A stretch of 64,000 nt of DNA, from NCBI GenBank assembly GCA_041633555.1, contig JBFKFZ010000001.1, forward strand, positions 20,259-84,258. Direction: 5' to 3'. Positions 1 to 9,716 of this stretch are shown here, in pieces. This DNA is from Paracoccaceae bacterium. Lineage in GTDB: Bacteria; Pseudomonadota; Alphaproteobacteria; Rhodobacterales; Rhodobacteraceae. Numbering within the stretch: the first letter of the stretch is position 1; each line of letters starts with the position of its first letter. The notes beneath the pieces were generated by a model. That model was not told where the DNA came from. It worked only from the letters and a program-made list of their open reading frames with translations, and did not search any database. Position numbers and translations under genes: made by a program.

Positions 1-1943
1 AGGACATCCGAGATGTCCGGCACGACGCGATCGTGCGCTATTATGACAATCAGCGGATGCCAGACGGGCAGGTCTATCTGGTGATGGACTATGTCGACGG
101 GCCGGGCCTGGACAAGAAGCTGCTGGCTGGCGGCATGCCTGCCGACGACCTGTTGGTGATAGGCGCCCGCGTTGCCGAGGGGCTGATCGCTGCGCACAAG
201 CGCAACATCGTGCACCGCGACCTTTCGCCCGACAACATCATCTTGCGCAACGACGATCCTGCCGATCCGGTGATCATCGATTTCGGCATTGCCAAGGATA
301 CCAATCCCGGCGCCGAAACAATCGTGGGCAACGAGTTTGCCGGAAAATACGCCTATGCCGCGCCGGAACAGCTGAGCGGCAATACCGATGCCCGCTCGGA
401 CATCTATTCGCTCGGCGCACTGCTGCTGGCGGCGTTTCGCGGCACAAAGCCGGAGATCGGCACGAACCCGATGGAAGTGGTGCGGAAGAAATCTGAACCC
501 GTCGATACCGAGGGCGTCCCGGAGCCGCTGAAATCGCTGATCGCGCGCATGTGCGAACCCGACCCCGCCAAGCGCTTTCAGACGGCAGATGCGGTTCTTG
601 CGGCGATGAAGTCGACCGGTCGGGTGGCCGTCAGCGAAACCGAAGACGCGACCGTCGTGGTCAATCCGAAGGCCGGCGCCAAAGGAGGAGCGCAGCCCAC
701 CGCCAAGGAGGCGAAGGCATCTGACAAGAAGAAATCCGGACTATTCGTGCCGCTGCTTGCTGTCGTACTTCTCGCGGCAATTGGCGCGGGGGGGTATTTC
801 GGCGGGTTCTTCGATGCCGTTCTGGGGCCGAAATTGCCGGTTGCAGACCCCTATGCGCTGGTCGTGGTGAAAACGGCCGACCAGCCTCCGCGCGCCGCCG
901 GGAATGTTCCGTCCGCCGACACCCTTGCCGCGCTGACCGGATTGATTGAGGCCGAGGGCGGCGCGGCGGAACTTGTCCTGGCAAGCGGCGAAATCAGCGA
1001 AAGCTGGGGTGAGTCGATGCTGGAGCTGGCTCGCATGGTCACCGAACTTGACGAATACCGCATGGTGATCGAGGGCGATCAGGTGCTGGTAACAGGCACG
1101 ACGACGAATAAGGTTCTTCAATCAACGATGACAGAGACGCTCGACGTCGCATTCCCCGGCGATCTGGTCGGGGCGGTCGATATCACCCTCGGGCCGCTGG
1201 TGCTGCCGCCGGGCCAGATCACGCCGCTGCTGGACAGGTTTGCGAATTGCGGCCCGCTGGAACTGGTGGCGCCGCCGCGAATTGGCTACGCGATCTCGGA
1301 TGCCATTGTGGTCAGCGGCAAGCTCGCCGATGCCAAGTCGCGGCTCGATCTTGCCAATGCGATCATCGACATTGCCGGCGATCGGCAAGTCGCTGTCGAG
1401 GCCGAGATCCTGAGCCCTGACCTCTGCCAGATCGAGGCGGCACTTCCCAAGGCACCTCTCGGCGGGTTCGAGGTGCGGTTCGGCTTTGGCGACCGGCCCG
1501 ACCGAAACACGACGGGCCGCTACTTCGTCGGCGAGAACCCGGTGATAGACGTGGTCGTGCCGGGCCGGGTCACCGACGGGTTCATCTGGGTATCCGTGCT
1601 GGACGTGTCGGGCAATGTCTTCCACCTGCTTCCCAATCTCAGTCGTCAGGACAACAGCATCACCTCGCTCCGCAATGGCCAGACCGGAGATTTCCGGCTG
1701 CGCGTCGCCTTCAGCCAGGCCGAAGCGACGGACAGCTCAAAGATCGCCTTTCTGGTCGATGACACGACGCTTGGCAAAAGCAAGATCATCGTGCTGCATT
1801 CCGACCGCGACATGTTCAACGGCGTGCGCCCGACGACAGAATCCGCCGCAAGTTACGCACAGGCACTACGGGACGCACTCGCAACAGGTGGCTTCAATGT
1901 CCGCTCGCTCGACACCGCCATCCTGACGACGGCGGAGAAATAG
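1..1943 (+). CDS. ppkA: Ser/Thr protein kinase, PpkA-like T6SS kinase, 5' end cut by the window edge; one TM segment then a ~370-aa periplasmic region
   Basis: Frame is open from nt 3. Hanks kinase motifs HRDLSPDNIIL, DFGIAKD, YAAPE. TM segment LFVPLLAVVLLAAIGAGGYFGGFF. Convergent with pppA (stops 2 nt apart), next to tagF/tssM. Confidence 0.85.
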   Translation, partial: DIRDVRHDAIVRYYDNQRMPDGQVYLVMDYVDGPGLDKKLLAGGMPADDLLVIGARVAEGLIAAHKRNIVHRDLSPDNIILRNDDPADPVIIDFGIAKDTNPGAETIVGNEFAGKYAYAAPEQLSGNTDARSDIYSLGALLLAAFRGTKPEIGTNPMEVVRKKSEPVDTEGVPEPLKSLIARMCEPDPAKRFQTADAVLAAMKSTGRVAVSETEDATVVVNPKAGAKGGAQPTAKEAKASDKKKSGLFVPLLAVVLLAAIGAGGYFGGFFDAVLGPKLPVADPYALVVVKTADQPPRAAGNVPSADTLAALTGLIEAEGGAAELVLASGEISESWGESMLELARMVTELDEYRMVIEGDQVLVTGTTTNKVLQSTMTETLDVAFPGDLVGAVDITLGPLVLPPGQITPLLDRFANCGPLELVAPPRIGYAISDAIVVSGKLADAKSRLDLANAIIDIAGDRQVAVEAEILSPDLCQIEAALPKAPLGGFEVRFGFGDRPDRNTTGRYFVGENPVIDVVVPGRVTDGFIWVSVLDVSGNVFHLLPNLSRQDNSITSLRNGQTGDFRLRVAFSQAEATDSSKIAFLVDDTTLGKSKIIVLHSDRDMFNGVRPTTESAASYAQALRDALATGGFNVRSLDTAILTTAEK

Positions 1944-1945
1944 GA

Positions 1946-2668
1946 TCAGATCACGTCGACAACGATGATCGAGATGTTGTCGGCGCCGCCGCCATCCAGC
2001 GCGATCTGCAAGAGCTTATCCACGACCGTCTCGATCGCCGACTCGGCCATCGCCCGACGCAGCACGTCGAAAGTGGCGTATTTCGTAAGCCCGTCGGAAC
2101 AGAGCAGAAAGCGATCTCCGGGCATCGCATCGCCTCTGATCTTTTCGAGTTCCAGGTCCGTTCCCACGCCGACCGCGCGGGTGATGGCGTTGGATTGCGG
2201 GTGAAGCTCTGCCTCGTCCCAGCTCATCTGGCCGGCCACCACCAGTTCGGCGACCACCGAGTGATCGGTCGTCAGCATCTCGATCGCGCCGTTGCGCAGC
2301 CGGTAAAGGCGGCTGTCGCCGGCCCAGAAAGCTGCGAAATGCCCGTCGGTTAGGATCAGCGTCACGACCGTCGCCCCGATCGTCCCGCCGCCGCGTTCCG
2401 CGGCCTCATCGACGATCACCTCATGGGCGCGCTGGATCGCGGCGCGCAATGCCCGCATCATTTCCCGAGGTTCAAGGTCCGGTTCGATCATCGCGATCGC
2501 ATCGACCACGGCGCGGGAGGCAAAGTCGCCCGCCTCGTGACCGCCCATTCCGTCAGACACGACCCAGACCGCATGTTCCGGCATGGTCAGAATGCTGTCC
2601 TCGTTGACCTTGCGGACCTTGCCGACATGGGTAGTTGCCGAGAACCTGAATTGCTGCAAGACGCTCAT
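1946..2668 (-). CDS. pppA: PP2C-family Ser/Thr phosphatase (PppA-like)
   Basis: MSVLQQFRFSATTHVGKVRKVNEDS and DGMGGHEAGDFAS are PP2C motifs. The ATG at 2668 overlaps the tagF stop (ATGA). The longer track ORF to 2923 is an Arg-rich extension. Confidence 0.9.
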   Translation of the reverse strand: MSVLQQFRFSATTHVGKVRKVNEDSILTMPEHAVWVVSDGMGGHEAGDFASRAVVDAIAMIEPDLEPREMMRALRAAIQRAHEVIVDEAAERGGGTIGATVVTLILTDGHFAAFWAGDSRLYRLRNGAIEMLTTDHSVVAELVVAGQMSWDEAELHPQSNAITRAVGVGTDLELEKIRGDAMPGDRFLLCSDGLTKYATFDVLRRAMAESAIETVVDKLLQIALDGGGADNISIIVVDVI

Positions 2669-3342
2669 CTTGAGACCTCGGCGGCGAGCAGCGTCCAGAT
2701 AGCCGCGTCGAGATCGAATAGACCGGCCATCTGGCCCGCGTTCGGCAGTCCGTGGCAGAGCATCAGACGGTGATCGGACTCCACCGAGGTGCTCCAGAAG
2801 CCGCAGGCATGGGCCTGTTCGGCGATCTTCTGCGCCGCGAGGGTCGGACCGATCGGCGCGTCGGACTGCCAAGTTGTTCCGCCGGGGTGAAACGAGGTCG
2901 CAACCGGGCTGGCCGGAGTCCATGCGACTTCGTCGAGTCGCGCCCGAAGACCCTCGCGGGTCATGCCATCGTCGAGCGCCTCCAACGCGATCAGTTCCAG
3001 CGCCTCGAAGACGGACACATTACGGAAATGCGCGGCGGCCAGATCTTCCGCACCGTGGGTCGCCGCCAGCGTCAGGGGATATTGCCGCCCGACTCGATCA
3101 ACCGACGCCATCAACACACCGGAAATCGCCTGCGGACCGGCCTGCCCTGCCGGCAGCGAGAAGCGCCAGATCGGTGCCGACATGTAGCGCCCGTTCCATG
3201 CCTCGCCCAAACTCTCCCGCGCCCGCAATAACGCAGCTTGCAGCCAAGCGTCCCAGGGTTCGACAAAGCCGCGCGGCAGGTCGAGCCGAAAGAAATCTCC
3301 CAGAGACGGTATCTTGCCGAATGCCCCGAACGCCTCTGCCAT
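2665..3342 (-). CDS. tagF: T6SS-associated protein TagF (ImpM family)
   Basis: N-terminus MAEAFGAFGKIPSLGDFFRLDLP is typical of TagF. ATGA overlap with the tssM stop at 3342 and with the pppA start at 2665-2668. Confidence 0.85.
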   Translation of the reverse strand: MAEAFGAFGKIPSLGDFFRLDLPRGFVEPWDAWLQAALLRARESLGEAWNGRYMSAPIWRFSLPAGQAGPQAISGVLMASVDRVGRQYPLTLAATHGAEDLAAAHFRNVSVFEALELIALEALDDGMTREGLRARLDEVAWTPASPVATSFHPGGTTWQSDAPIGPTLAAQKIAEQAHACGFWSTSVESDHRLMLCHGLPNAGQMAGLFDLDAAIWTLLAAEVSR

Positions 3343-6300
3343 CAGAAAGACGTCGGGCAGCTGAATTTCGACAGGGCAGGCAGATTGAACGGGTTCAACA
3401 CCGAGCCCGATTGCAGCTGGAAGATTGCGATACGACCGCCGATATTGAAGATCACCCGGCTGCGGTCCGAGACATTGGTGCGCCTGATTTCGGCGGCGTC
3501 GAGCAGTCGGTACCAGCCCCACGGTCCGTCCCGGGTCAGCGCATTGCCGATATTGTCGACCGGCGGCTGGAACACGACGCGCGCCATCCCGACCGACCCC
3601 GGCCACTTTATCGCCACTGGCTTCGGTGCGCCCTGGCTGTGCTGGAACTGCACGGCCTGACCGTCAATTTCGAGCGTAACCTGCTGTGCCTTTGGATCCA
3701 GCGCCTCAGGCGTCAGCTGGAAGCTGACATTGGGAACCGCATTGCCGTTGAAGAACGCGTCGCGGATCTCGGCGGCGTTCTGCAATTGCGCCAGCACGGC
3801 CGTAGAAATCCCTAGGTCGGTATCGTTGATCCGCTTCCAGGCCCAGGGACGCGCCCGAGTATCGACATGTTTCAGCAGCGTTTCGTTAAAGAAACTGTCG
3901 ATCAGCCCGCCCGGCGCAAAAAGCTTGGTGAAGTCCTGGATGGCGACATCGGCCTTCGAGGTCTTGCTGAACGGATAGCGGTTCGCCAGCGCCTGCTCGC
4001 AGAACGGCAGGACCTGGCTTTGCCAGCGCGCATTGATCGAGGCCCTTGTGCCATCCGCTGTGATCCCCGAGGAGCCGGTCGTGATCTGTGCCGCCCAACG
4101 CGGCATCGGCCCGTCGATCCGCTTGGCGGCCTCCTGGAACCGCAGGATCGCACTCGCCTCACCGTCGGCCGAACCGAGCCCGCCGGAGAACGAGAGCTTG
4201 TTCAACTCCTGGTAGACGGCCGTGAGCGACCCCATCAGCTGATCAAGCTGCGACGGCTGACCCTCGTCGCGCCGCACCAGGCTGTGAAGCCAGGCGAACC
4301 GCTCCTCGACATATTCCCCCGGCGCTTTCGGCACTTCCTGAGAGGCATTGGCTGTGGCCGAAGAGCGCAGCGCCTCGAGGAAGAGTTGCGAGCGCGAGGA
4401 CAGCGTTGATTGCAGTTCCAGTTCGGCGATAGCGCCCGCCCCCTCGGCAAGCCCCTCGACCGGGATCACCGAGCGGTCCTCGGTCAGCTTGGTTTCCTGC
4501 GCCACGGCATTCAGGATATTGACGAGTGGCGATGTCGGACCCGACAGAACATTGGTAACCTCGACCGCATGGCTGAGGCTCTCCATCGGGATGATGTCGA
4601 TATCGCCGAGCATCTGATCGTACCGGGCGATGAAGTCGTTGTAGTAAAGATCCAGAACGTCGCGGCTCATGCTGACAAGCGCCAGTTCGCTCTGTTCGCT
4701 TTCGCCGCGTGGCCCAAGGACCCAGCTCTCGCTCTGGATCCGCTTCGCCACCCCCAGAGCCTCGCTCAGGAAGACCTTGTTGAAGCCGTCATAGGTGAAG
4801 ATGCCGTCGATCCCGTCGGTCAGCGCCTTGCCCGAAGACCGCACCAGAACGCGGCTGACGGCGGGGCCTCCGACATCGGTGATCCGCCAGTCCGGCAGAG
4901 CCGTGGAGGCCGGCGAATTGATGATACCGTTATAGACCCGCTGCGCCAGCGGCATTTCCGACAATAGCCCCTGGATCTGCTCGACCAGTGGACCGTTCAA
5001 GGCGATTTTCTCCATCGGCTGAGACAGCATCGCGTCGAGATGCGCCGCCAGATCGGCGCGCAAATCGTCGCGGCCGGGTCCAGGGAATGCGATGCCCCAG
5101 TCAAGGTTCATCCACTCCTTGACGATGTCCTTGCTCATCGGCCCCTGCAGGCCCAGCATCAGGTAGATCTTCAAGGCCTCGTAAAGCAGGTCGGCATTGT
5201 TCATGTTGGCCTGCATCTGCTCTTCCAGACGCAGCAGCAGGCGCGGCAGGAAATGCTGGTTCAGCGCGGCGCGATAGGTCTGCTGGGCCTGCGTGCCGAT
5301 TACGTCGCCCTGATAGAGCCCGTAGGTCAGCGCCGGGTCATGTTCCAGATCGCCAAGCGCCGGATTTCCGGGCATCGAACGCAGGATGTTCAATGCCGGA
5401 ACCACCGACGGAAGATCGCTGTCGCCAACCGGGCTGCCCGGGATATGCGCCGAGGCCGTCCGGTATTCGGCAACCTTCTCTGCGGCCCGTGCCAGCAAGT
5501 CCTTGTTGCCCAGATAGCTCCGTACCCAGAGCGCCGAGACACCGACCGCAACCAGGATCGCGGCGGCGATTGCGATACGCTTGGTCCAACGGTAGCGGCG
5601 CTCGACCTTGTCGTCGGCGCTGACCAGCCCCGCCTCTCCGAAGATGACGTTCTCAAACAGCCGGGTCAGGAAATAGGACCGCCCGAGGCCGCGCCCGGTG
5701 CCGATTGCCTGACGTCCAATACCGAAAGTCCGCGCCATGCCCATCATCAGCCGGTCAATCGGCGTGCCTTCCTGCGTTCCGGAAGTGAAATAGACACCGC
5801 GCAGAAGGTGGCGATGCTCGTAGCGATTGTCCTGAAACACCTCATTCAGGAAATCGCGTGCCACCTGCCTGACGGCGGCAAGCTGCATCGGGAAGCTGCC
5901 AATGAGCGAGCGGCGCTGATGGTCGGTCTCGGACTGCAGCCGGTCAAGGGACTGCGCATTGACCTGCTCCAGCAGCAGCGCGAATTCTTCGTCGAATCCG
6001 GCGATTGGCGACAGCTCGGACTTGGTCGCCTTGGGCAGCGGGAAAGTGAAGCCCCAGACCTGCTCGCGATCCTCCTTGCCCAGATGGTCGTAGAACTCGG
6101 TAAAGCCGGCGATCAGGTCGGCCTTGGTGAAAAGCACATAGACCGGGAAGCGCACGCCCAGCCTTTCGCGCAATTCGTGGAGTCGGCGCCGGATCGCGGC
6201 AGCGTGGCTCTTCTGCGTCAGCTCATCCTGGTTCGACAGGTCCGAGAGCGAGATGGCGATGATCGCGCCGTTGATCGGCTGCCGCTTCCGATGCTTCTTC

Positions 6301-6926
6301 AGAAGCGCCAGAAAGCCCAGCCAGGCCGCGTTGTCGGCCTCGGCATCGCTTTCCTGCGTAGTGTAGCGCCCGGCGGTGTCGATCAGCACCGCGTTGTTTG
6401 TGAACCACCAGTCGCAGTTCCGCGTGCCCCCGACGCCGCCGATTGCGGCCTTGCCCAGCTCGTCGGCAAGCGGGAACTGCAGCCCGGAATTGACAATCGC
6501 CGTGGTCTTGCCCGCCCCGGGCGGCCCGATCATCACGTACCACGGCAGTTCGTAGAGGTGCCGCCGCCCCATCTTCGACTTGCGCAGCTTGACCATCGCG
6601 CCTTTCAGCTTGTCGCGCATGTCACCGAGTTCGGCCTTGACCACCTCGTCGCCGGGATCAGCCTCGAGGGCTGCGGTCTCAACAATCTCTTCGGCCATGT
6701 CCTGATCGCGTTTGCTGCGGCGGATCAGGATGATCAGGATGATCGTCAGCGCCAGAAGCCAGGTCACGACAATCGCGAGAATCCGGGCCAGCGCTCCGTC
6801 GAGCGGGCGGAATGCGCCGAAGCCCATGAAAGGCCCGAAGAACCAGATCAAGAGACTCAGACCCAGCGCCAGGAATATGGCGACAGCGATGCCGGACCGA
6901 AGCTTGCGCAGGAACCGAATGATCAT
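3342..6926 (-). CDS. tssM: T6SS membrane complex protein TssM (IcmF)
   Basis: 1194 aa with N-terminal TM helices, Walker A GPPGAGKTT, IcmF-like length and position after tssL. 4-nt overlap with the tssL stop. Confidence 0.95.
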   Translation of the reverse strand: MIIRFLRKLRSGIAVAIFLALGLSLLIWFFGPFMGFGAFRPLDGALARILAIVVTWLLALTIILIILIRRSKRDQDMAEEIVETAALEADPGDEVVKAELGDMRDKLKGAMVKLRKSKMGRRHLYELPWYVMIGPPGAGKTTAIVNSGLQFPLADELGKAAIGGVGGTRNCDWWFTNNAVLIDTAGRYTTQESDAEADNAAWLGFLALLKKHRKRQPINGAIIAISLSDLSNQDELTQKSHAAAIRRRLHELRERLGVRFPVYVLFTKADLIAGFTEFYDHLGKEDREQVWGFTFPLPKATKSELSPIAGFDEEFALLLEQVNAQSLDRLQSETDHQRRSLIGSFPMQLAAVRQVARDFLNEVFQDNRYEHRHLLRGVYFTSGTQEGTPIDRLMMGMARTFGIGRQAIGTGRGLGRSYFLTRLFENVIFGEAGLVSADDKVERRYRWTKRIAIAAAILVAVGVSALWVRSYLGNKDLLARAAEKVAEYRTASAHIPGSPVGDSDLPSVVPALNILRSMPGNPALGDLEHDPALTYGLYQGDVIGTQAQQTYRAALNQHFLPRLLLRLEEQMQANMNNADLLYEALKIYLMLGLQGPMSKDIVKEWMNLDWGIAFPGPGRDDLRADLAAHLDAMLSQPMEKIALNGPLVEQIQGLLSEMPLAQRVYNGIINSPASTALPDWRITDVGGPAVSRVLVRSSGKALTDGIDGIFTYDGFNKVFLSEALGVAKRIQSESWVLGPRGESEQSELALVSMSRDVLDLYYNDFIARYDQMLGDIDIIPMESLSHAVEVTNVLSGPTSPLVNILNAVAQETKLTEDRSVIPVEGLAEGAGAIAELELQSTLSSRSQLFLEALRSSATANASQEVPKAPGEYVEERFAWLHSLVRRDEGQPSQLDQLMGSLTAVYQELNKLSFSGGLGSADGEASAILRFQEAAKRIDGPMPRWAAQITTGSSGITADGTRASINARWQSQVLPFCEQALANRYPFSKTSKADVAIQDFTKLFAPGGLIDSFFNETLLKHVDTRARPWAWKRINDTDLGISTAVLAQLQNAAEIRDAFFNGNAVPNVSFQLTPEALDPKAQQVTLEIDGQAVQFQHSQGAPKPVAIKWPGSVGMARVVFQPPVDNIGNALTRDGPWGWYRLLDAAEIRRTNVSDRSRVIFNIGGRIAIFQLQSGSVLNPFNLPALSKFSCPTSF

Positions 6927-8314
6927 CCCGCATCCTCCCGTACCAGCACGATTTCGATCCGGCGGTTGAGCGCCCGGCCTTCGGCCGTGGTGTTGGGCGC
7001 GATCGGGTTCTTGTCGGCCCGACCCTCGGCCGACATCCGGCTGGGATCGTCGATCTCGCTCGCGAGCGATTTCATGACGGAAGTTGCCCGCGCCAGTGAC
7101 AGGTGCATGTTGGAGGGAAAGCGCGACGAACGGATCGGCACATTATCGGAATGTCCGACGATGATCACCGGACCTTTTTCCCCGTTCAGCGCCGAGGCGA
7201 CGCGCGACAGCGGAGTCGAAAAGGCAGTCTGCAACTGATCTGATCCCGAGGCGAACATGCCGGTGCCGACAATCCGCATGGTGATCGTATTGGCGTCCTG
7301 AAAGACCGAGACGATGCCCTCCTCAATCTCGTCCTTGAGGAACCCCTTGACCTGTTCCAGCTGCGTATCGGTCCGGACCGGTGGCTGCGGCGGTGGCGGC
7401 GCGCGGCGCAACAGCTCGGCGACCTTGCCGGTATCGAGAACCGAGAGCTGGCCCAGAACCCTCTCGGTCGCGCCCGACAGCAGATAGGACAGGGTCAGGA
7501 AACTGGCGGTTAGAAAGATCGCCACCGTCGCGGTCGTGATCCAGACCGGCTTCCACGCCGAGAGAGGCTGCAATGGCTTGTCGACGCCTTCCCAATGCGG
7601 TGACAGATCGCGTTCGACCACACTTCGTTGGGCGGCAATGATCCGGGCGAGGCCGGCACGGATCTGCATATGCTTGTCGCCGCCGCCCTGCTCTACCCTC
7701 AAGCGGCCCTGAAATCCTAGTGACAGGCACATGTAGAGAAATTCCAACAGGTCGATATTCCTGCCCGGTTCGGTTTCGAGCCGCGCCAGAAGATCGTAGA
7801 AGCGGTCGCCGCCAACGGTCTCGCGGTGGAAGGTGCCGACCATGGATTGCTGGGTCCAGACCGACTGTCCGCCCCACGGCGTGTTCAGAACGACGTCATC
7901 AAGCGTGGCGCAGATCGCGTAGCGGGCGACCTTGACATCCTGCGCGTCGATCCCGGCCTGCAGCGCGCGGTTCTCGAACCCGCGGACCTCTGCAACGACC
8001 GAGCGGCGCAACTTCTCGGGATCCATGTGCTGGGCACGGTTGCGGATGCGGCTGACGAGGGAAAACAGCGTAGCAGCGCAGGCATTGAGCCGGTTCATCC
8101 CCGTCATCGCCTGCTCGACATCGGGCGCAGCGGCGGTGTCCCGCGTGCGACCGCCGGACGGAACTCCTACTGCGTCATCCCTGGGGGCGATATCGGGCTC
8201 TGGCTCGGGCTTCGGCGTGGCGACTGGCGCGGGCGTGCGACGACCGCCGGGATTCGGCCTGATCACAGTCCGTTCGGAATCGTCCGGTTCCGCGAATGGA
8301 TCCTCGTCAGCCAT
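6923..8314 (-). CDS. tssL: T6SS TssL (DotU) with C-terminal OmpA/MotB peptidoglycan-binding domain
   Basis: DotU core ARYAICATLDDVVLNTPWGG...LEFLYMCLSLGFQGRLR, a TM helix, then an OmpA-like end HSDNVP...NRRIEIVLV. Confidence 0.9.
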   Translation of the reverse strand: MADEDPFAEPDDSERTVIRPNPGGRRTPAPVATPKPEPEPDIAPRDDAVGVPSGGRTRDTAAAPDVEQAMTGMNRLNACAATLFSLVSRIRNRAQHMDPEKLRRSVVAEVRGFENRALQAGIDAQDVKVARYAICATLDDVVLNTPWGGQSVWTQQSMVGTFHRETVGGDRFYDLLARLETEPGRNIDLLEFLYMCLSLGFQGRLRVEQGGGDKHMQIRAGLARIIAAQRSVVERDLSPHWEGVDKPLQPLSAWKPVWITTATVAIFLTASFLTLSYLLSGATERVLGQLSVLDTGKVAELLRRAPPPPQPPVRTDTQLEQVKGFLKDEIEEGIVSVFQDANTITMRIVGTGMFASGSDQLQTAFSTPLSRVASALNGEKGPVIIVGHSDNVPIRSSRFPSNMHLSLARATSVMKSLASEIDDPSRMSAEGRADKNPIAPNTTAEGRALNRRIEIVLVREDAG

Positions 8315-8350
8315 CGTCCAAAGTCCTTGCCAGTCCGTTCTCCGTGATCC

Positions 8351-9691
8351 TCAACCCTGCCGGATCGCCCACAACTCCATCTTCAGTCCCGGATAGTCGC
8401 CCGAAACATGCACCGCGATGCCGCCCGAAGTCGTCAGTTTGCCCCAGTACTTGCTGTCTCCATCCAGCTCAAAATAGACGACGCCCGCATGATAGGGGAT
8501 CTGCCTCGGCGCCACCGGCAATGGCCGCAGAGTTATCCCCGGCAGGGCCGAATTGACCAGTTGCCGGATTTCCTCAACCGGGCCGATCTTGGCCTGACCG
8601 GCGAAGTGCCGGCGCACGTTCTCTGCAGGGACATCGGCCGAGACCGCCAGCACGAAGCCCGCGGTCGAGATCAGCTTGCGATCCGCGATCACGCCGACGC
8701 TGATGCCGTATTTGCGTGGATCGAGCGGGATCGAGATCGCGGTCTGTTCCAGTACCGACGACAGATATTGCCGCAAGAGCTTGATCACCGGGTTGAAGGT
8801 CGCGGTCAGATCGTCGTGCTTGTAGGGTGGGAAATCGGGCGGATGTTTCTCATTCGTCATGAAACTGGCAAGCTCGCCCGCCAGCGCCAGGCACTCGGTG
8901 AAAAGCTGCACCGGGTGCAAGTTCTCGATCTGGTTGTAGTGATGGATCTTCGGCATCATGCGATTGACGCACATTAGAAGCAGGAAATCCGAGATCTCGG
9001 CCACGCCCTTGGTCGATCCGCCTTCCGACAGCCGCCCGGCAAGGGCTGTCATGCGGTGGCCGAGCAAACCGTCAAGCTCACGCAGAAAACCCTTGAGCGG
9101 CGGCGCGGCACTGACATCGAGGCAGGAGGGCATGAAGGATTTGTCGAGGATGATCTCCTGATCCGGGCGCATCTCGATGATCCGGGCGATCGGAATGACA
9201 AGCCGGTCCGACAGGTCATCGACCGCCAGCGCGAACTGCAGGCGCAACTTGCCGACGCCGACAGTGACCGCCTTCTTGCCGGTGCTCGTGACATCGGTGA
9301 TCTCAAGCTCCGCCGGCCGGAGCCGGGCGGCGGAAAGCTCCGCGCCCGTCATGTCGACCTCGAGTGCACCCTGCCGGCGCTGCGGCACCGACAGGTAGAC
9401 AACGCAGTCCTTGATCCCCTCGGGAACATCGAGCGCCGGGGGATGATCCTCTGCGGCCGGAACGCGGAATACCGTCCCGTCCTGCATCAGGCCCGAGCAG
9501 GATTTCAGGGCGAACTGCCCGACTTTCAGCACATCCTCGTCGATCTCGAGTGAACTGACGCCCCAGCCATAGGGCGAAATCCGTCGCGCCAGTCCCGAAA
9601 CGAGGCTTTCGGTGTAGCGGTCAGCCTGCTGAAAATGATGCGGCTGCAGAAACAACCCTTCCCGCCACAGCACCTTGCTGTCCCACGACAT
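8351..9691 (-). CDS. tssK: T6SS baseplate protein TssK (ImpJ)
   Basis: N-terminus MSWDSKVLWREGLFLQPHHFQQADRY is the characteristic TssK start; 446 aa. Confidence 0.95.
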   Translation of the reverse strand: MSWDSKVLWREGLFLQPHHFQQADRYTESLVSGLARRISPYGWGVSSLEIDEDVLKVGQFALKSCSGLMQDGTVFRVPAAEDHPPALDVPEGIKDCVVYLSVPQRRQGALEVDMTGAELSAARLRPAELEITDVTSTGKKAVTVGVGKLRLQFALAVDDLSDRLVIPIARIIEMRPDQEIILDKSFMPSCLDVSAAPPLKGFLRELDGLLGHRMTALAGRLSEGGSTKGVAEISDFLLLMCVNRMMPKIHHYNQIENLHPVQLFTECLALAGELASFMTNEKHPPDFPPYKHDDLTATFNPVIKLLRQYLSSVLEQTAISIPLDPRKYGISVGVIADRKLISTAGFVLAVSADVPAENVRRHFAGQAKIGPVEEIRQLVNSALPGITLRPLPVAPRQIPYHAGVVYFELDGDSKYWGKLTTSGGIAVHVSGDYPGLKMELWAIRQG

Positions 9692-9716
9692 CAGCGCTTT
9701 CCTTCCATCGTAGAAC

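Noticed and set aside
5040-7238. 732-aa plus-strand ORF
   Set aside because: Entirely antisense to the strongly supported tssM gene. Arg/Gly/Pro/Gln-rich low-complexity translation typical of the reverse frame of high-GC genes. No start context.
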